A stretch of DNA of 47,093 nucleotides from a virus. Taxonomy: Duplodnaviria > Caudoviricetes. The position numbers and the translations under genes were made by a program. The notes beneath the pieces are model-generated. The model worked only from the letters and a program-made list of their open reading frames with translations, was not told the origin of the DNA and ran no database searches. The stretch is taken from positions 1-47,093 of the IMG/VR virus record IMGVR_UViG_3300038321_000049. One strand, written 5' to 3'. Numbering within the stretch: position 1 is the first letter of the stretch; every line of letters begins with the position of its first letter. This document shows positions 37,401-45,719 of this stretch, one piece after another.

Positions 37401-38551
37401 TTAGCTGCTAAAGCTGTGTATTCTTTAGTGTTGGTAAGATTATTGTACTGTGCGTATGCTTCATTAAACTTATCATACTCTGCTTGTGTAGCTGTGCCAG
37501 CCTCAATAATATCAGCCAACTCATTGAGTTGGTCTGCATAGCTCTGTGCTTCTTTCAATGAATTGTATGACTTGTTTTCTAACTGGTCATACAGATGCTG
37601 CTGCTCATAAGCAACTGCATTCATATAGTCTTGTGTTTGCTGAGACTTCTTAGAGTTGGTATCATACCTATAGAATCTATTAGTTACGGAATCAAATAAA
37701 ACTATCTCATCTGTATCCTTAATTCCATTGAGATAGTGAGAAGATATTTCTTCAGCTCCCCACCCTGTCTTAGTAGTGCATACATAATTCTTATCATTTC
37801 TTAAATATACTACTTGTAATCTTCCATTCTCCTGTGCTCTCTGAATATCATCCAGCTGTTCTGAAGTAATGGTAGTAACATCTTTCTTTTCATTAGCTGA
37901 TAACTTTAAATCATCCAACGTGTTAGGTTTAGTATATGCTGACTGAACAGCATACTGAGAATCCTTTTGGGCTTTATCATACTCTTTCTGTACCTGCTGC
38001 CTATATTCCATAGAGAACATATCATTATCATCTACAAGTTTTTTCTTTTCAACTTTAGCATGAAATTCTTTTACTTTATCTATAGCTTTAGCAGCTTGTG
38101 GAGTACCCACAAGGTTCTGCATAATAAAAGGGTTACCTGTAGTCTGTGTCAAATCTGTATCTTGAATCAGTTTAGGCTGCGTAACGTTGGTCTTGCCTTT
38201 AAGTAAGCTGTTAGGTGTGTCCTGTAGTTTAGCCTTAGGCACAGGAGCTGCTTGAGCTGGAGCCACAGGAGTTACACTAACAGACTGCCCTATTGGTTTA
38301 GCAGCAATGCCTGGACTTTGAATCTGTTGTTGATTGTACTGTTGATTACTAGCAATCTGTTTAGAACTAAGTGGTGCATTAACAGGTTTTAAGTTAGGTT
38401 TATTCTGAGGAGTGTATACTTTAGTAGGATTATAGTTATTGTATACTATATTACTTTTATTTGAAGAAGCGGTGGATTTTTTACTTCCACCGCTGTTTTT
38501 TGAGTTGTTCTGTTTTTTAAATAAGTTATTAATCCAGCTTAAAATACTCAT
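28442..38551 (-). CDS. Giant (3369 aa) virion/ejection-type protein
   Basis: Single uninterrupted ORF at the end of the structural arm; low-complexity N-terminus, C-terminal repeats and a very basic tail. Function inferred from position and size. Confidence 0.75.
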   Translation of the reverse strand: MSILSWINNLFKKQNNSKNSGGSKKSTASSNKSNIVYNNYNPTKVYTPQNKPNLKPVNAPLSSKQIASNQQYNQQQIQSPGIAAKPIGQSVSVTPVAPAQAAPVPKAKLQDTPNSLLKGKTNVTQPKLIQDTDLTQTTGNPFIMQNLVGTPQAAKAIDKVKEFHAKVEKKKLVDDNDMFSMEYRQQVQKEYDKAQKDSQYAVQSAYTKPNTLDDLKLSANEKKDVTTITSEQLDDIQRAQENGRLQVVYLRNDKNYVCTTKTGWGAEEISSHYLNGIKDTDEIVLFDSVTNRFYRYDTNSKKSQQTQDYMNAVAYEQQHLYDQLENKSYNSLKEAQSYADQLNELADIIEAGTATQAEYDKFNEAYAQYNNLTNTKEYTALAANYNATFTKLQKLQGQYDSAKAEFQKYGLSDIVMNRDWKNAMHANVDKVNKARAEYEEMRQYYSDPKDDKQMNSASDAIRKFVGATSFNDTHEFRPLVDLEVKDIKTLGKDLVAQFKQTWVKPISFLINHWDTDDKLVLADYNKRMEQYRLANPKMSAKQLEKEFGTRANLDARLSQQFKVIKQAGGMLLTNTLTNLGETFDMFNVLKPGMVASQIYGKEDLINEAGLQKYYEQALNAPDEILKQQLAPIDNTLSEEEKENKARADVMANVMTKAYWGAYDSATPQFEYEMLWLDEDEGFISFAAQMALDLFLDPSFYVGLAPLKMSKAGSMIDDVSDRMTDIVKRTDFGDELSEREIKRAAKHAVNDAILQDMPIEDTINKNLAKQLMNAAQSGGKMKYIMKDLPDTEWVSVLKNRADDVHLFMSRMSELGDSQAAAAKAIRSKQVGTAINAVLATGNDTAKALGDSYKMIGKMTHIKKSLDFIDEIAFNMILPVKPVQKIAQGIKYIIQADPEMMNTANYLSTMVGRLKAKLGEKPASVVNMDEAMKTVEREVHTLTSAELLSRNVGDELLGTAHKAIINDTIDTELDEIYYSLFSNPSITDLTKKFNAISPDINNLQDYFNMLKQPIGRTNKKLYSVLDNSNITKLRRIQRQYNKYQTTSVVRKVDEIIKPLQEWNSMLNTYKQSLRETVQYNGDIAGKYDALVKSFDNARSLYIEGTSKITKDQLNDVIMNAQQAITKATDNLPTSVVDLDNVLKPIEEAQAVFKAYTSDIRDSIASSAQYKVNKEVELKYFNTHPAIPANQQATTNEVVQGFKKAFKDKYDIDLTKQQLSDVFYKNVKDLPADVDLSKELRVYTGMLTKSNRAIEYASNTDLNNVVDAFLSNNSPYTHLVDTLDYTIAKPYSNILSEAATFKATSNIFKDVSLSDIKPIYTSGIVDALSGEQHYVNSIFKNMDVWDATSVNRGVDSITNHIIQTAASYTAHTTEVDVKQFAQLKNGVRRNMNSLNTERNVQALQDVLDATKSAKTYLAEESNKYYDVLYSISKTNDYGDPYMITLKYGDTTVTLKNKDIIYNPLPDYPTANHGMSAAAAQAEFAALNIQNGLHKLDFDRAVSDTLGKIKQAATESEDGAKSIRFIGYNNGIMGTNQDRALNKYIRENAISVHNDMTVDVADFIRVNKGIPVYDTVTKDTLKDIIARNVDLAQQYNTQELLTTFDGTLFSSAHNLNMDINVHQFKDSTGVVYPDNFIEAASNMLSNLDDATRALNNKTSGMAKGFEDVLVREKVLLDIVKEYKPESDLVGIDVPSLLRDAMKLENKNITFNVEKLIDGKLNEYLFDQPSLQKYLKVDTAKHIRQLKSFSDELYNTIKRIRQPELINSIDTPTYKNLQMIMLSEAKASQLAELDETIKLLDRLNTKNSEVMYAGTLWLFNKLKRVDETNTFIYFISNAVSKSDELDSLFKLVNNADGLIFNTKTASFTLNDRTYYSKLFGTADNMSLRLDDVNTFKEYISTANSLTSYVAMQDSLDNAGNIISAADSIANQRFKDIIQPYLDFLNNTVGINVTQPSTMTMDTLKDTYDRASRIQKVKSGMTDMAQAHRHAAMQTVFNLSDEDFFVYLVRDCKNTLYIDLNSTMMKNKELRSTVLNRLESLKESPMFTIKYADDNIKVYHDLSNLNNKNADRFYQSLKDYHVDYSGMHDNLTNWTQYMSDLHAASTDTAGPIDIVKGPYNTMYRKLSESLPENWAISTFNVNTQDTAKGLQELFPESSRLNLDDLNAYGFFDDSFTCSVWADPDKIIADNLIQYYTPDLIKSMGNGMYQVRNNLEAVKNKFALYNNNTQSLKYLVDSTGIKFKDYKDLNRQLNYNGLVLSKGIVKDNGMYKVKKVQIKDSIDFKRAMNDTSVIFMPNDVYSEMVQFSKGHNLTVKYNVMDANSLRMHEAFKWWNQKIRSARMTMYLFSNPATGIRNYIDSPMKGYLTTGDPEFFKYMINAPELLNKYEDVYAKAVGYYNTGSIDSIIKLFKEHPDETVGLTLDQVRLIMAHRTSASAGGMLSSLMGLKVQGNFNKLQELLKNYGVSDETIHKAMRVYQEQYNKEAHKISKSTVASKALVHDALKKEGITGEVLDILSDAFYGYTPTSATFTDWVRKIPGIMYYLGQAPKPDVTDVDKLTKGKSLISNYITMNSNLFSAAEDNTRLALFMYYADRGYSPSAANKKIIQSQFDYSARPAWMDKLEIAAPFSTFKMYNAAYWMTEAPQHFNVIRQMTKLTRNTGVGYDTEEIMNLVRGIIIRDKLASGEIAMNSIGDVDAEESTDGIWSSLAQTIMGEEGVIATYEGQPGMYAELAGGIPLGRHHVLKVGNTFVEGFALMNDLLLAIPQLVHGEVPDIIKDSVYSPIQTVLGLFKTMVTSNFNPEAIKKWVTANYYDVMDFIPFLGALANLAVNHMKNGRVNMQDLFAIAINPELTKEYLNTITEQFFDITGTILPGLIGTIYNKSFYDRPIGTDWYAQSDNYKATHRYVFGVSYIPTFFSKDPRTYVDYSAMFMRMGYTAEEARAIISALAGNDMNNAPDNWWYNPDTFDMLLQHMLDRGYSMTEALHVMMNKDLWNGDDLWLVNQEKQLNDSVFFTIYDRLPDYVKYTDGQFTELRKYYRSQGLNEAQIWAKLLYENGFIDVFGNYKQLAPETVTSIQDRLAASYSEFYTGLPEWFRYEDGAATRTVKDLIKRMGFSTQQARNYILDHNYYVDIHGQPHYLSDEESAVLTAKNKEDFYTYYGNLPDFMKYEKGAYGRTLSFLVNIKGITEAEAKQMMVNGAYLTLDGILIDCRGLKRTRQYNQYASNRYKKWKHWYTRRRYVKRKPRPRRHYMRRARINHQYNRKPYNQRWNSSKTYSLVNVLHGRNFGSRNAYKVTLGYNTVSSALSTKGNYPASWRNIRNAYRKNMYRDMYAKYGASRMAMRSNAWHSYSNASITRLRRGEIYADRKYKNRRTF

Positions 38552-38560
38552 ACATTCTCC

Positions 38561-39379
38561 TTATCCTACGTTGTATCCACCAGAGTATTTAATATTTTGA
38601 TTCTGATTTTGCCCTTTATCAGCTGCATACTTAGTAGCCTTTGCTTGTTCAATTGCTGCTTGAATAGATGCTATAGCTGATTGATTGTTATTATATACTC
38701 CTGCTCCTGCGTTGGCAAGGTTACTTGCAAGATTAGCATCTGCAGTATATTTGTTAGCTTGATAACCTGCGTTGTCTGTGTTGATACCCTGATTGTATGA
38801 CAGCTCTGCAGTCTTTCTTTGGATGTCATCATTATAAAACTGATGTGACAAACCTGCAATAGTGTTAGCCATGTCATTAGCGTAAGACAAAGAGTCTTTA
38901 GCATCCTGTTTAACCTTAGCACCATACTGTGCGCCTAGTGCTTGTCTATCAGCAGCAAGCTGTGTAGCCTGCTCAGCAGACTGCTGTGTCGTTCCTAAGA
39001 TAGCAGACAATGTATTTGCTGCCTGCATCCCTTTGGAGGCTCCTGAGGCTATTGCAGAGCCATACTGCTGCCTCATAGTATCAACCGCAGTATCCTGCGC
39101 TTTAGCCATGTTAGCATAATATCCACGCTGTGCATCTTGTTTTCCTGCTAAATCAGTAGCATAAGCTGCTTGTGTAGCATCCTTATAGATGTTATATATC
39201 TCATCTCGGTCATAAGTAAAATCAGTACCAAGCTGTGAGTTTAATGCATCAGCACTTCTTATGGAAGGATTAACTACACTGGTATATGCAGGCTGAGTAT
39301 ATCCATTAGACACATTCTGCATACTTTTAAGAGTATTTAATATATCATTGAGGGATTGGTTTTGATTAGTTAAAGCCAA
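38561..39379 (-). CDS. Putative internal virion / DNA-ejection protein
   Basis: A/Q/N-rich helical 272-aa protein just upstream of the giant protein; TTG start with AAGGAGGTG RBS. Confidence 0.6.
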   Translation of the reverse strand: MALTNQNQSLNDILNTLKSMQNVSNGYTQPAYTSVVNPSIRSADALNSQLGTDFTYDRDEIYNIYKDATQAAYATDLAGKQDAQRGYYANMAKAQDTAVDTMRQQYGSAIASGASKGMQAANTLSAILGTTQQSAEQATQLAADRQALGAQYGAKVKQDAKDSLSYANDMANTIAGLSHQFYNDDIQRKTAELSYNQGINTDNAGYQANKYTADANLASNLANAGAGVYNNNQSAIASIQAAIEQAKATKYAADKGQNQNQNIKYSGGYNVG

Positions 39380-39392
39380 TACTTACACCTCC

Positions 39393-40397
39393 TTATTGTA
39401 ATGCAATATGGAACTGAGTAAACGGAACACCAAAGATTCCTGCAGTGTTATTTCCGTCTACATCTTCCCAGTTGGTATCTTCAATAGCCGGAAGATATGA
39501 GTCTGAATTAAAAGGTTTAACCTTGTATATTGCAGAATAGTACCTGCCTGCTTTTTTGATGTCCGTGTTGTAGTACACCTGAATGGCATCTATGCTGTGA
39601 CTGTTATCTCCTGCATAACCATTATTGGGGTCATGCCAATCAGCACCTGTTACAGCAGGGAACCAACCCACACCTACAGCATGCACTCTATACTTAATAC
39701 TTCCCTGAGTAACTCCAAGCTGAATAGCTACAATAGCATCATTAGCTTCACCTACTTTCCCAGCTGAAAGAGCACCGTGGTGTAATGTACGTATCCTAGA
39801 TACTATCTTAGGAGCTGTGTTAGAGGGTGTTGGTGTTGGTGTTGGTGATGGTGCTGGTGCTGTGTTAACTACATCCTTACCTGTAATTCCTTCAGCAATT
39901 AGCTTAGCGATACCTGCTGTTTTCAGTTTATTATATCGTGCTACATCATCGCTGCCTGTACAGAACAATGTTTCTACTATCATGGCAGGCATAGCTGAAG
40001 CATTGAGGTCATGAAAGTCTGTTCTGAACTTCACACCACGGTTAGGAAAACCTTGTTGAGCAAACTTGTTGCAGATGCTTCCTGCTATCTGGTTCATCAT
40101 AAGATTTGCAGTATTGTACAAATATACTTCAGTACCATTTGCAGTTGCATTGCCAGCAGCATTCATATGTATTGTTATATAAGCATCACATCCATTGCTG
40201 TTTGCTTTATTGGTTCCTTCATTTAACTCTCTGTCAACATTGTTGGCATTAGAGTTACAATCAATAATGGTATGTCCTGCTGCCTGTAGCATAGGTACGA
40301 GTGAAGCGTAAATCTTTCTCACTTCTGCCTGTTCATCTAAAATACCCATGGCACCTTTACAATTAGGTGAGTGCCCACCTCTAAGTCCTATTTTCAT
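39393..40397 (-). CDS. Endolysin, N-acetylmuramoyl-L-alanine amidase (Amidase_3) with C-terminal cell-wall-binding region
   Basis: GGH...E, IHMNA, GTEVY and IVETLF zinc-amidase motifs; Pro/Thr linker APAPSPTPTPTP. Confidence 0.92.
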   Translation of the reverse strand: MKIGLRGGHSPNCKGAMGILDEQAEVRKIYASLVPMLQAAGHTIIDCNSNANNVDRELNEGTNKANSNGCDAYITIHMNAAGNATANGTEVYLYNTANLMMNQIAGSICNKFAQQGFPNRGVKFRTDFHDLNASAMPAMIVETLFCTGSDDVARYNKLKTAGIAKLIAEGITGKDVVNTAPAPSPTPTPTPSNTAPKIVSRIRTLHHGALSAGKVGEANDAIVAIQLGVTQGSIKYRVHAVGVGWFPAVTGADWHDPNNGYAGDNSHSIDAIQVYYNTDIKKAGRYYSAIYKVKPFNSDSYLPAIEDTNWEDVDGNNTAGIFGVPFTQFHIALQ

Positions 40398-40401
40398 TTA
40401 A

Positions 40402-40590
40402 TCACTCCTTTACTTCAGGTAATCCTGCTAAGCTGGTAAGCAATGAAATAACTCCTGCAACCACTGCAGTGGATACTACTATCCGCCAATCAACTTGAGA
40501 AATAACAGCTGAAGAGCCTATTGCTCCTACACCTGCCTGTGCCATTGTTTTCACTGCACGTACACCTGCAGCTTTCCACCAATTTTTCAT
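40402..40590 (-). CDS. Holin (phage r1t-like)
   Basis: WWKAAGVRAVKTMAQ...VDWRIVVS...SLLTSLAGLPEV; two hydrophobic segments; directly upstream of the endolysin. Confidence 0.88.
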   Translation of the reverse strand: MKNWWKAAGVRAVKTMAQAGVGAIGSSAVISQVDWRIVVSTAVVAGVISLLTSLAGLPEVKE

Positions 40591-40600
40591 ATAGCCTCCT

Positions 40601-40945
40601 TTACATATTAACTTGTAGGATAGCCCAGACTATACCGCTCATAGCTAAAGCTATCACCGCATCTACAATAACAGATACAACATGTTTCTTAATTGCATTA
40701 TACGCTTTTGCAGGGTCAAGTTCAATACTATCTACTCTATTATTTAGGTCTTCTATCTGTACTCCTATGTTAGATATTCCCTTAGTTTGCGTTTGAAGTT
40801 GCTCACATATGACAGCTATAGATACTGACATAGAGTGTATGCTTTCTGTAGTTTCTTCTAGTACCGCAACCCTACGCTCCATAGCTACATTATTTTGCTC
40901 TAATTTAATTAACATCTTTTCGTGCTCCATACAACAGCTGTCCAT
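40601..40945 (-). CDS. XhlA-like coiled-coil membrane protein of the lysis cassette
   Basis: Start re-assigned to ATG 40945 (TAATG-coupled, AGGAGG RBS); coiled-coil followed by a C-terminal hydrophobic helix. Confidence 0.65.
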   Translation of the reverse strand: MDSCCMEHEKMLIKLEQNNVAMERRVAVLEETTESIHSMSVSIAVICEQLQTQTKGISNIGVQIEDLNNRVDSIELDPAKAYNAIKKHVVSVIVDAVIALAMSGIVWAILQVNM

Positions 40946-42186
40946 TATAATCCTCCTATGCCTTGTTGCCATTTATTGTTTGTATAAACATAAGTAATTC
41001 CCATTGATACCTTAATGTAAGGCATAGCTGGGTTAAAAATACCCTGTGTGGCTAAAGCTAGAGTAGCCTCCAATTCAAATTGTGCATAGAATGTAACATT
41101 GTTTGTAACTACATACGAAGATGTTATTTTTGTTCCACCACTGGCAGCAGTGAACCAACCAAGAAACTTATAGTAGGGACGTTCTGCAGTAGGAAGAGTT
41201 CCTAAAGTATTGTTATAATTTTTACCTACAGCTGTAGAGGGGCTGCCTCCATTAGCACTGGCATTGTATGTAACAATGTACTGGTTCGTAGTCCACTGTG
41301 CAACTAAATTTCCATTACTCAGTCCTACTGTGTAGGTAGTTCCACTTAGTTTTCCACCACCGCTGAATGTCCAGCCTGCGAAAGTGTATCCTGTCCGTGT
41401 AGGATTAGGCACAGCTATAGTAGTGTTGTAATTTCCTACTTTAGACTGTGTAGAGGTACTTCCGTTCCACATACCGCCGTTTGGGTTAATAGTTAAAGTA
41501 AAAGATTTAATTGTCCAATGTGCATATAAGGTACGTGCTGAAGTAATAGCTGTACCATTAGATACTTGGGAGCCACCACTGGCAGCCGTAAACCACCCTG
41601 CAAATGTATACCCCGTACGGGTAGGGGTAGGTGCTGACAACCCACTACCATAATTGTATGTCTGTGAAGTTGTTCCTACAGAACCTCCATTAGCATTGTA
41701 CGATACGGTGTATGTATTAATTTTCCACACTGCATACATTGTTATATTACCATCTCCACCCCAACGCGAACCAGGATAATATGTAGGACTGGTTGCAGTA
41801 GAAGACATGTTCCATCCTAAGAAGGTGTATCCTGTACGTGTAGGAGATACATTAGATAATGTTGTTACAGTACCCCATACTTTCTGTGTACGTCCAGGTG
41901 CGCCTGTACCACCATTAGCACTATAGCTAACATAGGTAACCAGTGCCGGAAACATACTGCCGTCTATAAAATAATCTGGCAGATAAGGTCTGCGTTGAGT
42001 AATACAATATGGATGTATTGAATAGGACTCACGAAACTCGCCATAGTAATAACATGTTCCTATCAATGCAGCTACTTGAGTATTTGAATCACAGCTAGGG
42101 TAACAAGGAATATGTCCATTAGGTACAAATGCTGTACCTGTTGTATATTTAACTCCTCGTATTGTAGAAGTATATGTCCAACCCAT
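40945..42186 (-). CDS. Virion protein with four Listeria-Bacteroides (InlB B / Flg_new) repeats
   Basis: Four repeats of V.Y.ANGG...P(T)R.GY.F.GW...LYA.W. Confidence 0.85.
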   Translation of the reverse strand: MGWTYTSTIRGVKYTTGTAFVPNGHIPCYPSCDSNTQVAALIGTCYYYGEFRESYSIHPYCITQRRPYLPDYFIDGSMFPALVTYVSYSANGGTGAPGRTQKVWGTVTTLSNVSPTRTGYTFLGWNMSSTATSPTYYPGSRWGGDGNITMYAVWKINTYTVSYNANGGSVGTTSQTYNYGSGLSAPTPTRTGYTFAGWFTAASGGSQVSNGTAITSARTLYAHWTIKSFTLTINPNGGMWNGSTSTQSKVGNYNTTIAVPNPTRTGYTFAGWTFSGGGKLSGTTYTVGLSNGNLVAQWTTNQYIVTYNASANGGSPSTAVGKNYNNTLGTLPTAERPYYKFLGWFTAASGGTKITSSYVVTNNVTFYAQFELEATLALATQGIFNPAMPYIKVSMGITYVYTNNKWQQGIGGL

Positions 42187-42196
42187 TGTTTACCTC

Positions 42197-43270
42197 CTAA
42201 TACATAATATAAATGTCACCTTCAGATGGATTAGTAGGAAGACCATCTTCTTTTTTACCATACCTGATAGAGTTTACTGAATCCAGAATAACTTCTAAGT
42301 GACTGACTCTTTCTGTTAATGCATCTAACTTGTCATTTACAGCAGCAAGTCTATTATTAAGTGTATTCTGAGCTAATCCCTGTGCATCTTTAACAGGTTT
42401 AACCACTGCATTAGGCGCATCCGCTATTTTATCTATTACATGCTTCAGCTGTTCCTGACTAAAACTTTCTTCAGAAGTGTCCATTCTAATAATACACCAA
42501 TAGTTATTAAGCAGTGCTTCTTCAATCATTGTATCTACTTCAGCTATGTCAGCAGCAGGCAGATTAATAACAGTCAGATTATTAGAATCGTAGCTATCAG
42601 TGTCTATAACTCCTGAATCATATCCCACTGCAAAATCTACTGCTGTTTTTGCAAGCTCTTTGGTTTCAATAGAAGTTCCTTTAGGATAAGCAAACAGCAC
42701 ATCTGCTCCTTGTAATCCTGCAGTTTCCATGCCAGCTTTACCATTTGCTATAGCATTGACAACAGTCTCTTCAGTTAGTGGAAGTTTATTAACACCATGA
42801 TTAATAATTTCAAAACCATCAATCTGAGCAGCCTGTAAATCTATAACATCCATATAAGGAGTGCCTGAAGAAACAAACCCAGTATAGTATGCCAGCGCAC
42901 CAATGAACTGTGACTCAGATAATGCTACTTTAAATATAGTCAAAGCTGAATTAGTAGGGCTGTCATCTATAAAGGAGAATACAGGTTGTTCTAAATGCGC
43001 TGATGTTTTATTTTTTGAATCCGCAACTAATTGGTCTAACTGTTCTGTTGCTGTATCAATGATAGCTTGCTGAATATCTTCACCATTTATATCAGTTAGT
43101 TGGTCTAACACACCTTCTTTAGTTAGCCAATCAAGCCACTCTGAATTATAGTCTCCTTGTTTTATAAGCATATTTAAATATGCATTATAGTCATCAGCAG
43201 TAACTATCTGCTTTGACTTATAGTTTGATTCCTTACGCACATATTTAGGAATCCATGTCTTACTTGCCAT
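42197..43270 (-). CDS. Structural-region protein with polysaccharide deacetylase (NodB)-like domain
   Basis: FSFIDD, FEIINHG and FAYPKG resemble CE4/NodB motifs; N- and C-terminal tail-fibre-like segments. Confidence 0.65.
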   Translation of the reverse strand: MASKTWIPKYVRKESNYKSKQIVTADDYNAYLNMLIKQGDYNSEWLDWLTKEGVLDQLTDINGEDIQQAIIDTATEQLDQLVADSKNKTSAHLEQPVFSFIDDSPTNSALTIFKVALSESQFIGALAYYTGFVSSGTPYMDVIDLQAAQIDGFEIINHGVNKLPLTEETVVNAIANGKAGMETAGLQGADVLFAYPKGTSIETKELAKTAVDFAVGYDSGVIDTDSYDSNNLTVINLPAADIAEVDTMIEEALLNNYWCIIRMDTSEESFSQEQLKHVIDKIADAPNAVVKPVKDAQGLAQNTLNNRLAAVNDKLDALTERVSHLEVILDSVNSIRYGKKEDGLPTNPSEGDIYIMY

Positions 43271-43278
43271 ACGTCCTC

Positions 43279-45711
43279 CTATCTTGCAAACATAAGTCTG
43301 TATACCCAGCTCATGTTTAACAACTCATAATTACTTTCATTTACACTGAGTAACCGTACTGCACCGCCATAGCCTTTACCTGATACACGATACCGTATCT
43401 TGTACACTGTAAGCTCAGGGAACCGTGCTGTATCTAATTGCCATTCATCTAGCTTAGTAAGCTGTGGGGTTTGCTTTACATCTACTAATTCACGTTCTAC
43501 AAAGATAACTCCATAATTAGGGTCTGCCTTATCTGTGACCTGTGTGATAATGTTCTTATACATTGGTTGTGTTTCTACATCATCTACAACGAAAGAAGTA
43601 TAAAAACTAAGAACACTGTCTGTACGAGAATTAATATGAAACTGCACTTCTCTGAATCTCTTTTTAAATTCTGTGTTAAATCCGCGGTATCCTGTATCTA
43701 TGTACTGGTAGTTACCAAAAGCACGGTTTGCATCTTCATTAAGTGGCAAATTATCTTGAGGCTCTTCTTCATCAAACACAGCCACAGAAACCCTAGCAGC
43801 ATGATTTAATTCTCTTACATGCGCAAATTGAGTCTGTCCTGTTACTGTAGGTTTATATACAACCATGCGGTACTGTGTAGTTTCATATAGATAAGTAGTC
43901 CACGCTCTGAGCACTGTATCATAGTTTAAAGACAAGTCTATATAAAAACTATCGTCTTTAGTAATTTTAAGTTTATATGTATTTCGTATTTGTGTATCAG
44001 CTACGTATACATAATAATCTAACAACTCTACTTGAAATACTTCATCAGAGGTAGCATAAGTTAAATTATATACTGCGTTTACAATATCTCTTAAACCTAC
44101 TTCAAAATCATTTAATAGATATTCTATAGGTCTTGACACAGGTGCCATCTGTAAATCTGTCTGCATAGATTTATTATTAGGAACAATCATATAGAAGTAG
44201 TTATTAGATTTAAAGTAGACCATATTCTGTACAGTTATAACTGTGTTGGCATCTTCTTCAGTCATCCCTAGTCTTTCCTGTATGCAGGTAGTCTTATATG
44301 AAAGTCCGTCTTCATTTAAGGTTAACTTATACAGTGCGCTTTTAGTAAAGACTAAAAGAAACGTCATGTAAGGTACAGCGCACACTATGTTGTCTTGAAA
44401 TATTTCTGAGTTATTAGGATAAGGAACATAGCCAGGGTCATTAATCTCAGTAACAAATAATGTAGACCGTGCACCTGATACTCCCCACAATACTATACGT
44501 TGCTGCCATGTGCACATTCCTTTAGCTGTGCCTACATCAAAAGATACAGCATCAGTGTTCAACATAGAGCTGGCTGAGTTAGCTGTTAAATGATAAGAAG
44601 ATAAAGTAGATACTTGTGCAGGCTTTAAATAATCATCCTTAGTTACTATAGATTGTAAGGCTTGGTTTTCATTCCATTCTGAATCTGAAGCAGTAATTTC
44701 AGTCTTTCTAAATACTTTAGCTATGAGTGCAAATGTGTTAAAGCTTGGAGTGTACTTCAATATAATGTCTGCCCCAGGGGTATACTCTTTCGACTTACGT
44801 ACGCGCTGAATGACAACAGGGTCTGCTCCTGTAGATAAATCCTGTACTTCCCACTGTACCAAATACTTGTCAGAAGAATCTGTCTCAGGATATTTATAGT
44901 ATAATTTAAAGTCTATGGTGGTGCCTGGACGTGCTGTTAATAATAGCTTACCCTGCTCATCATAAGGAACTACTCCTGTCAATACAATATCTCCTGTGGC
45001 AGTTTTAGTATTGACAAAAGTATAAGGGTTCTCTTTTAACATGTTGTACCCATAGTTCAGTGCTTGTGTTGGCTGCACCTCAGTAGGAGTTATTTTATCG
45101 ACTGTCCACGTAAGGGTGTTATCTGAAGCAAGGGTAGCGTTGATACGTCCTAGATAATTCTTACCGTCTTCATTGAGTAACACATATGTGTTGCCTTCCA
45201 AAGAAGTATATATGCCACTGCGTGATTTAGGTGCAGCTATAGGCACTTCATGCATAGCTGTGCAAAAAGGCTGCATAAGCAACGCTGCGTTGCTCGCTGT
45301 GTCATCACATGAAGCTTCAATATAATCATTATCTTTTTCAATTATCAGCTTAGCATTACTAAGCAGGAACTTCCTAGACATATTGATAGTAGAAGCTAAG
45401 ATGTAGTGGTAGAGAGTAGCATCACCGTTCTCATCCTGAATGTACATCATGTGTGCATGGTGTATACAGTAATCTGAATGTATGTCTTCTTCCAGTAGCT
45501 GTCTTGTTACTTCAGACCTGACTACACGCAGTCCACCACGCGGAGAGAACACCTCACCATCATTCTTTATATTAAAGTTTACAACAGTCTTGGCATATCC
45601 TGCTTCATGAGGAGTGTTCGTGTACTTCATCCCACGCACAAAGACTTCCTCAGTCTGCATATATTTAGTTCTGTGTGTGTCTGTGTTCTTATAAAGAGAT
45701 GTCTGTGCCAT
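43279..45711 (-). CDS. Tail tubular/nozzle-like protein
   Basis: 810 aa, beta-rich (WQQRIVLWG..LFVTEINDPGY), located in the tail module; size and position match podovirus tail nozzle proteins. Confidence 0.6.
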   Translation of the reverse strand: MAQTSLYKNTDTHRTKYMQTEEVFVRGMKYTNTPHEAGYAKTVVNFNIKNDGEVFSPRGGLRVVRSEVTRQLLEEDIHSDYCIHHAHMMYIQDENGDATLYHYILASTINMSRKFLLSNAKLIIEKDNDYIEASCDDTASNAALLMQPFCTAMHEVPIAAPKSRSGIYTSLEGNTYVLLNEDGKNYLGRINATLASDNTLTWTVDKITPTEVQPTQALNYGYNMLKENPYTFVNTKTATGDIVLTGVVPYDEQGKLLLTARPGTTIDFKLYYKYPETDSSDKYLVQWEVQDLSTGADPVVIQRVRKSKEYTPGADIILKYTPSFNTFALIAKVFRKTEITASDSEWNENQALQSIVTKDDYLKPAQVSTLSSYHLTANSASSMLNTDAVSFDVGTAKGMCTWQQRIVLWGVSGARSTLFVTEINDPGYVPYPNNSEIFQDNIVCAVPYMTFLLVFTKSALYKLTLNEDGLSYKTTCIQERLGMTEEDANTVITVQNMVYFKSNNYFYMIVPNNKSMQTDLQMAPVSRPIEYLLNDFEVGLRDIVNAVYNLTYATSDEVFQVELLDYYVYVADTQIRNTYKLKITKDDSFYIDLSLNYDTVLRAWTTYLYETTQYRMVVYKPTVTGQTQFAHVRELNHAARVSVAVFDEEEPQDNLPLNEDANRAFGNYQYIDTGYRGFNTEFKKRFREVQFHINSRTDSVLSFYTSFVVDDVETQPMYKNIITQVTDKADPNYGVIFVERELVDVKQTPQLTKLDEWQLDTARFPELTVYKIRYRVSGKGYGGAVRLLSVNESNYELLNMSWVYRLMFAR

Positions 45712-45719
45712 AACTCCTC

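Noticed and set aside
28442-38551. N4-like or crAss-like virion RNA polymerase
   Set aside because: The size is suggestive, but I found no DxDGD or T7-type polymerase motifs, and the genome uses host-type sigma-A promoters.
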